Of a DNA stretch of 64,000 nt, positions 58,594-64,000 are shown in pieces (positions within the stretch are counted from its first letter, which is position 1; the number at the start of each line of letters is the position of its first letter). The notes under the pieces are model-generated. The model saw only the letters and a list, made by a program, of their open reading frames with translations. It was not told where the DNA came from and searched no databases. The stretch is from the IMG/VR virus record IMGVR_UViG_3300030109_001381, positions 3,843 through 67,842 of that record. One strand, given 5' to 3'. The DNA is from a virus. The translations under genes were made by a program, and so were the position numbers.

Positions 58594-60492
58594 TCAAAGT
58601 ATCTCGCAGGTTCCACCACTACAGGCAATCTCGCCTTGTAGGTCGGTTTGGTCTGTTTCTTCCTTGACTTTGTAAAGATGAACTTTAGAGAGAACCTCTC
58701 TCATCTTCTCAAAGCGATACTTGGTTATGTCTTCAAAGACTAATTGTGGATGTGAACCACCGAAGTAGGGAATCACAGTAATGCCATTGTAGGAATCACG
58801 ATTCTTCCACATCCATTCTCCTACTTCTTTCCACTCGTCATCCTTGACGCTAACTGTAGCCGAGACATTATGCATGTTGTTACCATCAATATGTCCGGGT
58901 GCTATCCAATTCCAAAAGAAGTGTTTGATTCTCTCTAACAAGTCTAACGCAGATTCATCCAATCTAGTTATTGCTCCCTTTGGTGCTTTCTGAGGAACGC
59001 ATAGTAGAGATATGTTTGCTTCTGTTAGAGACTTCTCCATTAGAGTAGGGAACTTCTTCACTAAGTAATTGTGAATTGGTTCGTTCACTCCCACTTGAAT
59101 GCGCCTGATGTAGTAGTCATTATGCCATGCGTGAATACCGGAAGATGTTCCTAGAACACAACTAGTAGTTCCTTCGGGTTTGATACAAGTAAGCCTAGCG
59201 GCATAGTTCATCTTTCTATCGCTCTTATCATTGATAGTATCAACAGTCTCCACATTGACATCAATGACACAGTTAGTAGCCTCTTCCAAGTCCAACTTAG
59301 CAAGAGCGTTACTACCAATGCCAGTTAGAGAAACACCGAGCAATGCATCTTTCTCACAGTTCTCTCTCCAAATCTCCCTAAGATAATGGAAGTCTGTGTA
59401 TGCGGCTTGCAATGTTCCCAAGAATGAAGCGGCTGATACTCTAGCATTCAAGTCCTCTTGCGATGTAACTGTAGAAGCATTGACGGAGCAAAGATTACAC
59501 ATCTGAAATGGCCTAAGCGAAATTTCTGCACAAGGATTTGTTCCCCAATCTTTGTCATTAGTTAGAAAGAATCCGGGTTCTCCGGTCTTGTTCAATTCAA
59601 TCCTCTTCCATACATCCATGAAGAATTCCTTCTTGAGTTTGTGACGTAGCAATACAACCGAGTTATTTGCTCTCCCTCGATAAGGGTGCTTCTCATACCA
59701 AAGACCACTCTTGGACATTAGCATCTCCTCGTCATCTGCACTAAACAGACTAATCATAGCCGCTCTTCTTATGCCACCTGCCAATACAGAATCAGCAATA
59801 TGACAAAGCATATCGTGAACCTCGATAGGTTTCATCTGATGGCCATCCGGCATATTCTTCAGCATCTTATGAACCAAATCAAGACACTTATCCAAAGGGT
59901 CGGGACCGGGTGCAGTTCCACCTGTTGTCTTCAACGGAGAACCTAGTGGCCTTATCTCCGTGAAGTCAAACTTAGGTGTAGTAGTTCTAACACCTGTATA
60001 AGAATCGAATAGGACTCTAATTGCTTCTGCCCATCCCTTTATCGAATCCTCAATCAAATAGCGATAAGTCCTACTCGATGGTTGCCTTATCACAGGTAGT
60101 TGATTGACATGATGATATTGGACGGAATAACCGACACCTGTTCCACCTAGCAGTAGGAACATTGCCTCAGAAAATGCGGCAGTATTGTCAATTGGCATAT
60201 ATGCACAATTGTATATCCTATTGGGTGAAAGGAGGATTGGCTTCCCTGCGAATTGGAAAGACCTCATTGAAGGAACAATCAATCTTGTCCTCACGAAGTC
60301 CTTGTAAATCTTCTTTATCTTTCTAGCGAAGGTTGGGCCTACATGCTCAAACTTCTCCAAATGCATCTGCATATTCCTATCGCAGATTTCATTCCATGTC
60401 TCTCGCCTTTGCTTTTCAGCATCATATTTGGCGTATTTATTGTTCGTTATTATATCTGATAATATTTCTTGTTCTATGTCTAAACTGTTCAT
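58594..60492 (-). CDS. nrdJ: Class II (adenosylcobalamin-dependent) ribonucleotide reductase
   Basis: 'PSMR', 'YNCAY', 'GGTGVGYS', 'GGIRRAA', 'TNPCAEI', 'CNL', 'KPEGT', C-terminal 'CSGGTC'; no adjacent nrdB. Confidence 0.9.
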   Translation of the reverse strand: MNSLDIEQEILSDIITNNKYAKYDAEKQRRETWNEICDRNMQMHLEKFEHVGPTFARKIKKIYKDFVRTRLIVPSMRSFQFAGKPILLSPNRIYNCAYMPIDNTAAFSEAMFLLLGGTGVGYSVQYHHVNQLPVIRQPSSRTYRYLIEDSIKGWAEAIRVLFDSYTGVRTTTPKFDFTEIRPLGSPLKTTGGTAPGPDPLDKCLDLVHKMLKNMPDGHQMKPIEVHDMLCHIADSVLAGGIRRAAMISLFSADDEEMLMSKSGLWYEKHPYRGRANNSVVLLRHKLKKEFFMDVWKRIELNKTGEPGFFLTNDKDWGTNPCAEISLRPFQMCNLCSVNASTVTSQEDLNARVSAASFLGTLQAAYTDFHYLREIWRENCEKDALLGVSLTGIGSNALAKLDLEEATNCVIDVNVETVDTINDKSDRKMNYAARLTCIKPEGTTSCVLGTSSGIHAWHNDYYIRRIQVGVNEPIHNYLVKKFPTLMEKSLTEANISLLCVPQKAPKGAITRLDESALDLLERIKHFFWNWIAPGHIDGNNMHNVSATVSVKDDEWKEVGEWMWKNRDSYNGITVIPYFGGSHPQLVFEDITKYRFEKMREVLSKVHLYKVKEETDQTDLQGEIACSGGTCEIL

Positions 60493-60519
60493 TTAATCAT
60501 CTCCCATTTTATGTTGTTG

Positions 60520-60648
60520 GTGGGCTTTACACCCACTTGACATTTGACCCATGTTTGGATTCTAAGCGTGGTTTCGGCACTACTTAGAAGTTACCGCTAA
60601 AGCACTTAAGCGCACTAAAACGGCTTGCGTTTTTCTGTCAGCCAAATG
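60520..60648 (-). ncRNA. Candidate structured RNA between the Ubl gene and nrdJ
   Basis: An 8-bp closing stem CAUUUGGC/GUCAAAUG encloses three hairpins, followed by GUGGGU-GUAAA-GCCCAC. The G-U pairs in the closing and final stems work on the - strand. Confidence 0.55.
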
Positions 60649-60654
60649 GATGTT

Positions 60655-60858
60655 CTAACATCCACCGACTATGGCCGGAACTAGGTTCACGTTGTCCACT
60701 TCGTCCCAAGCAATGTTGCCGATGGCTTCTCTCGTTACCATTTCTCCGTCAACATATACCCAATGGGTCGGGTGGTCAGTTATCTGCTCAACCATTTGGG
60801 TCGCAGATACATCTACCAGTTCGGTGTGGCCTGTGTCATTCATTATCCTTAACTTCAT
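60655..60858 (-). CDS. Ubiquitin-like (beta-grasp, ThiS/SAMP-like) protein ending in GG-C
   Basis: 67 aa; 'VYVDGEMV...DNVNLVPAIVGGC'; RBS GGAGGT upstream. Confidence 0.8.
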   Translation of the reverse strand: MKLRIMNDTGHTELVDVSATQMVEQITDHPTHWVYVDGEMVTREAIGNIAWDEVDNVNLVPAIVGGC

Positions 60859-60898
60859 TTCACATTACCTCCTATTTTCATTTTTAGTCTGATGTTAT

Positions 60899-61153
60899 TT
60901 ACCCTTGTTGTCTCAGCATTTGCAATTGCTGCTGAATCTGTGCTACCTGCATCTTCATCTCCTCAATACGGCCACCCATTAACTGAATGGTCTTCTCATA
61001 CTGAGAACAAAGACCCATGTAACTCTGCAATTGATTCATAGCACCCTGTGCCGTTTCCTGTAACTGCGCGTTATTTGCAGTCAGAACCTCAATCTGTTGC
61101 AGAAGGGCTTCATTTCCATCTTCTTCTTTCTTCGTTTCTTTTTTCTTTGTCAT
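60899..61153 (-). CDS. Gln-rich coiled-coil protein
   Basis: 84 aa with a heptad pattern. Confidence 0.6.
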   Translation of the reverse strand: MTKKKETKKEEDGNEALLQQIEVLTANNAQLQETAQGAMNQLQSYMGLCSQYEKTIQLMGGRIEEMKMQVAQIQQQLQMLRQQG

Positions 61154-61154
61154 T

Positions 61155-62273
61155 TTATTTCCTCCCTTTTTCCCTCAATAATTGGTCTATCATCTTGGAA
61201 GCGTTTGCCTTCGATATTTTCTCAACATCTCCGTCATATTCTAAGTCCCTGAGAAACTTCTTCTGTTTGTCAGTTGCCGCAATCTCTTCACGGTATAGGA
61301 TAGTTATCAACTTGTTGGCCTGTGTTTCGGTAGGTTCTCCACCACGGATGAACTTCCTTCTCATATCACTAAGGAAAGACTTCTCCCACATGCTATTGCC
61401 ATCCGTTGCCTTCCAAATTGGAAAGCCGAAGTAGTTACAGGCTTCCATGAATGTCTCATTCTCAGAAGTGTTGGTGAATTCCTCTCTCAGTCTATCGGCA
61501 TTCTTCAATGACAATTCAGCAAGGAACTTCTGCCTTGATTCAACATACTCATCCTCCTCCTGTACCTTTGGAAGATAATTATCTATCAGCGCATCGAACA
61601 GAGCCAAGTCGTTCTGAAGCCTATCATTTGGCCAGCCTCTTGTTGTCTGTTGATTCCTTGGGTTATCTGGATGATTCCATCTCCATACAATAGAAGCCAT
61701 CTGATAATCGGTGGCTCCATATGTTCCCTTCGATGTCTTGCGAATTACTGTTACTGGTCTTTGCTCGGCAACCTTCTCATCGAAGTATGTCTTACCTGTG
61801 ACTCTGACATTTATCCGTAAATCCAAATCCTTCAGTTCCTCAAAAGTATCCTTGAAGTCTTCACCTTCTTCTGAATCCCAAAAGGCATTTCGGATAAGAC
61901 CCTCAACGGTCATCTTCTTCCATTCCTCAATCTTCTCTTCTGTGATTGTGTGCTTGGGTATCTTCAACACTTCATTCATGTGCCGAAGAACCATCCAATT
62001 GTTAATGCAGGTTGAACCCACAATCTCCTTAACATCTGTCACGGTATTCTCTATCTCAAAGTGATAGACAATTGGGTGTCCACACAAACATGCACCGGGA
62101 TGGCCTGATGGGTGATTAACTACTAATTCATGAGTTGCCCCATAAGCAGTATCTCTCCAAACCCTTCCTGTTATTCTCCATTCCAGTTTTGCTTCTTCAT
62201 AATCATCTGACTCAGAGAGAGCCAGTAGCCTAGATGTTAGTCTAGGGTAATTGTTTGCTTCTACTATTTCCAT
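61155..62273 (-). CDS. Hypothetical protein with an N-terminal Zn-binding motif
   Basis: 'CLCGHPI...VGSTCI'; C-terminal 'ATDKQ..FL..L...ISKANASKMI' module. Confidence 0.65.
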   Translation of the reverse strand: MEIVEANNYPRLTSRLLALSESDDYEEAKLEWRITGRVWRDTAYGATHELVVNHPSGHPGACLCGHPIVYHFEIENTVTDVKEIVGSTCINNWMVLRHMNEVLKIPKHTITEEKIEEWKKMTVEGLIRNAFWDSEEGEDFKDTFEELKDLDLRINVRVTGKTYFDEKVAEQRPVTVIRKTSKGTYGATDYQMASIVWRWNHPDNPRNQQTTRGWPNDRLQNDLALFDALIDNYLPKVQEEDEYVESRQKFLAELSLKNADRLREEFTNTSENETFMEACNYFGFPIWKATDGNSMWEKSFLSDMRRKFIRGGEPTETQANKLITILYREEIAATDKQKKFLRDLEYDGDVEKISKANASKMIDQLLREKGRK

Positions 62274-62765
62274 TTATATTTCCTCCATTTTTTCTTTGAA
62301 CCTTTGAGACAACGTGTCCATTCTCTCATCATTCTTCGCTACTTCATTTGCCGTTGTCTTTAGCATGTGGTCGAAGAGTTTCCTAATCACATCCTCTTTC
62401 TTCCTATCACTCTCAGACCAATCAACATGAGTTGTTAATCTCGGTACGTCATGTTGTTCTGTGAATGGTATCGCCTTACTAGGTAGGAATATACTACCAC
62501 CTACCAGCATACCATCCTTGTTCTCATGTAATGATACAATGCACCTAAGCAAATGTTCAATGACATACTGCAACTTAGTTATCGTCATGTCCTTTGCTCT
62601 AGTTTCTTCTACCAATATATCAGTAAGAGCCTCAGTCATTTTCTTTGCATCACCGAAGATATCGGCCATTCCTCTCAGATGTTCCTGAGCATCTACTTGA
62701 CCAACATCAAACACTTTGTCCCAATTGGGAATTGCGTCATCCCATTCTTCACTCATACAATTCAT
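62274..62765 (-). CDS. Hypothetical protein
   Basis: 163 aa within the operon. Confidence 0.55.
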   Translation of the reverse strand: MNCMSEEWDDAIPNWDKVFDVGQVDAQEHLRGMADIFGDAKKMTEALTDILVEETRAKDMTITKLQYVIEHLLRCIVSLHENKDGMLVGGSIFLPSKAIPFTEQHDVPRLTTHVDWSESDRKKEDVIRKLFDHMLKTTANEVAKNDERMDTLSQRFKEKMEEI

Positions 62766-62985
62766 CTCTCCTTTGTTCTCTTAGCATTCCAGTTAGAATT
62801 ACATCTAACTTCCCGAATAGCGGTTCCGCTACTCCGGCTATTGTTTTCCTATGTAGTGATAGCCATATCTTATGGCGGATATTGACAACGACCTTAACTT
62901 GGTCATCATCATTATGCGTTATCACTACAGGAGGTAGTTCATCATCATCTACCATCCTAAATTCTACATTCGTTTCTTGTTCCAT
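62749..62985 (-). CDS. Hypothetical protein
   Basis: 78 aa; RBS GGAGA upstream. Confidence 0.55.
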   Translation of the reverse strand: MEQETNVEFRMVDDDELPPVVITHNDDDQVKVVVNIRHKIWLSLHRKTIAGVAEPLFGKLDVILTGMLREQRRDELYE

Positions 62986-62998
62986 TTTCTTTTCTCTC

Positions 62999-63118
62999 CT
63001 ATATTATTCTAAATACTTTCAAGGCAACTAGTCCACCTATTACTATGTTGACTAGTCCCATGACCGTGCGCCAAAACGCCATTACTCCCATGTGTTCAAT
63101 ATACCATCTCTCTTCCAT
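62999..63118 (-). CDS. Single-TM microprotein (39 aa; not in the ORF track)
   Basis: MEERWYIEHMGVMAFWRTVMGLVNIVIGGLVALKVFRII. Confidence 0.5.
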   Translation of the reverse strand: MEERWYIEHMGVMAFWRTVMGLVNIVIGGLVALKVFRII

Positions 63119-63261
63119 TAACAACCACCATGACTGTCAAATTCACTTCCACCACCTATGGGGTTGAACATCTCCCATAGTATGAAAGGAATAAGTATGG
63201 GGCAAAACAATGCACAAAATAGCATTGTAACTCCTACTCCTACATCTGTTATCAGACTCAT
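63118..63261 (-). CDS. Single-TM microprotein ending in GGC (47 aa; not in the ORF track)
   Basis: MSLITDVGVGVTMLFCALFCPILIPFILWEMFNPIGGGSEFDSHGGC; starts right after the upstream stop and overlaps the next ATG. Confidence 0.5.
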   Translation of the reverse strand: MSLITDVGVGVTMLFCALFCPILIPFILWEMFNPIGGGSEFDSHGGC

Positions 63262-63765
63262 TTATGCACACCTCACATACCATGAAGGTTCTTCTTTCTT
63301 CCAGTAGGCTATCCTTCTCTTATCGTGAATGTAATACTGTCTGTATTTATCCACCGTTGACATCTGGTCGAAACCACTTACTTTCCTGCAATGCATGTTG
63401 TCAGCAATTGCTATTGCAAATGGAGTCAATCCAATGTCAGGTAATGTTTCGACTACTTCCATCCAAATAGGATTGTAGTCATTCATTGTTAGTTCACACT
63501 TGTGAGTCTTACCATATCTACTGGTATATTCTTCACATAGTGAACCTGCATGTTCCCACAACCATAGGAAGTTCTGTCTGCTTTCTCTTGCCCATATAGT
63601 GCAAGGATGATTCAACATTACTGGCCTGTAAGGACTATCAAATCCTAAGTGGTCAGCAATGGTGGACATCATTTGCAAACTTTCCAATGGCATTTTGACC
63701 GCATGTTTATCCAACACATATGTCGCGGCTTTACTTGGTTCTTCATCTAATACAAATATATTCAT
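63262..63765 (-). CDS. Pyrimidine-dimer DNA glycosylase (DenV/Pyr_excise)-like protein
   Basis: 'MNIFVLD...DKHAVKMPLESLQM...NHPCTIWARES...EYTSRYGKTHKC...YRQYY'. Confidence 0.75.
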   Translation of the reverse strand: MNIFVLDEEPSKAATYVLDKHAVKMPLESLQMMSTIADHLGFDSPYRPVMLNHPCTIWARESRQNFLWLWEHAGSLCEEYTSRYGKTHKCELTMNDYNPIWMEVVETLPDIGLTPFAIAIADNMHCRKVSGFDQMSTVDKYRQYYIHDKRRIAYWKKEEPSWYVRCA

Positions 63766-63917
63766 TCTTCTTCACCCCACATCTCATTTACTGCATGTCT
63801 AGCAACAAACTCATCTGCTACACATACACATTCAACTTCGGTTAATTCTTTCTCTCCTGTAGATAGCATGGTTACCACGCCTACTACTCCTGTTCCATCA
63901 CATTCTTCACAATTCAT
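63762..63917 (-). CDS. Zinc-finger microprotein (51 aa; not in the ORF track)
   Basis: 'MNCEECDGTG...VECVC...WGEEE'. Confidence 0.5.
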   Translation of the reverse strand: MNCEECDGTGVVGVVTMLSTGEKELTEVECVCVADEFVARHAVNEMWGEEE

Positions 63918-64000
63918 TCTTCTTCACCTGTCCATTTCCTATCACCCATCAGGTTGTTCCAATGTTCCCAATGGACATCTTCAGGATACCATGATTCCAT

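Noticed and set aside
60520-60648. tRNA, cobalamin riboswitch or hammerhead ribozyme
   Set aside because: No TTCGA T-loop or 7-nt anticodon arm, no recognisable B12-box, and the CUGA and GAAAC pieces are not arranged around a hammerhead stem II.
55260-60858. ThiF/ThiS pair for thiamine or molybdopterin synthesis as an auxiliary metabolic module
   Set aside because: No thiG, moaE, sulfurtransferase or tRNA thiolase in the window, and the JAMM and E2-like genes fit conjugation better. Not fully excluded, because host enzymes could supply those steps.
1-64000. Capsid, portal, terminase, integrase, tRNA or rRNA genes
   Set aside because: No supporting motifs in this window; head and packaging genes presumably lie outside it.

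Overview
A 64-kb segment of a tailed archaeal virus genome (Caudoviricetes). It most resembles the 'magroviruses' of Marine Group II Euryarchaeota (Poseidoniales); this assignment is an inference from gene content and from GGTGA/GGAGG-type ribosome-binding sites. There are two convergent blocks. The + strand block (1-33374) is a tail morphogenesis module: head-tail adaptor, tail terminator, tail tube, two tail-assembly-chaperone ORFs joined by a GGGAAAA -1 frameshift site, a short tape measure protein, hub/tip proteins, a 3125-aa mosaic fibre, LamG-like proteins and a beta-propeller. The - strand block (33411-64000) is an archaeal-type replication and host-takeover module: DEDD exonuclease, MCM-like ATPase, ERCC4 nuclease, fused PriS-PriL primase, Cas4-like nuclease, a split family B DNA polymerase, PCNA-like clamp, AAA_24 ATPase, RPA-like SSB, RFC, ATP-dependent ligase, PC4-like protein, TFB, class II RNR and a pyrimidine-dimer glycosylase-like protein. 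The most notable element is a candidate virus-encoded ubiquitin-like conjugation system at 54.4-60.9 kb. It comprises a JAB/JAMM protease, a C2H2 finger, a ThiF/E1 enzyme, a protein with an E2-like HxN...GxICxD signature and a beta-grasp-sized modifier ending in GG-C, with a TFB gene lying among them. Other signals: a multi-stem RNA upstream of nrdJ, apparent avoidance of GATC/AGCT/CCWGG, a TFS-like zinc ribbon lacking the acidic loop, and an AT-rich non-coding region with a palindrome and a long hairpin. All calls come from reading motifs by eye; no searches or folding programs were run.
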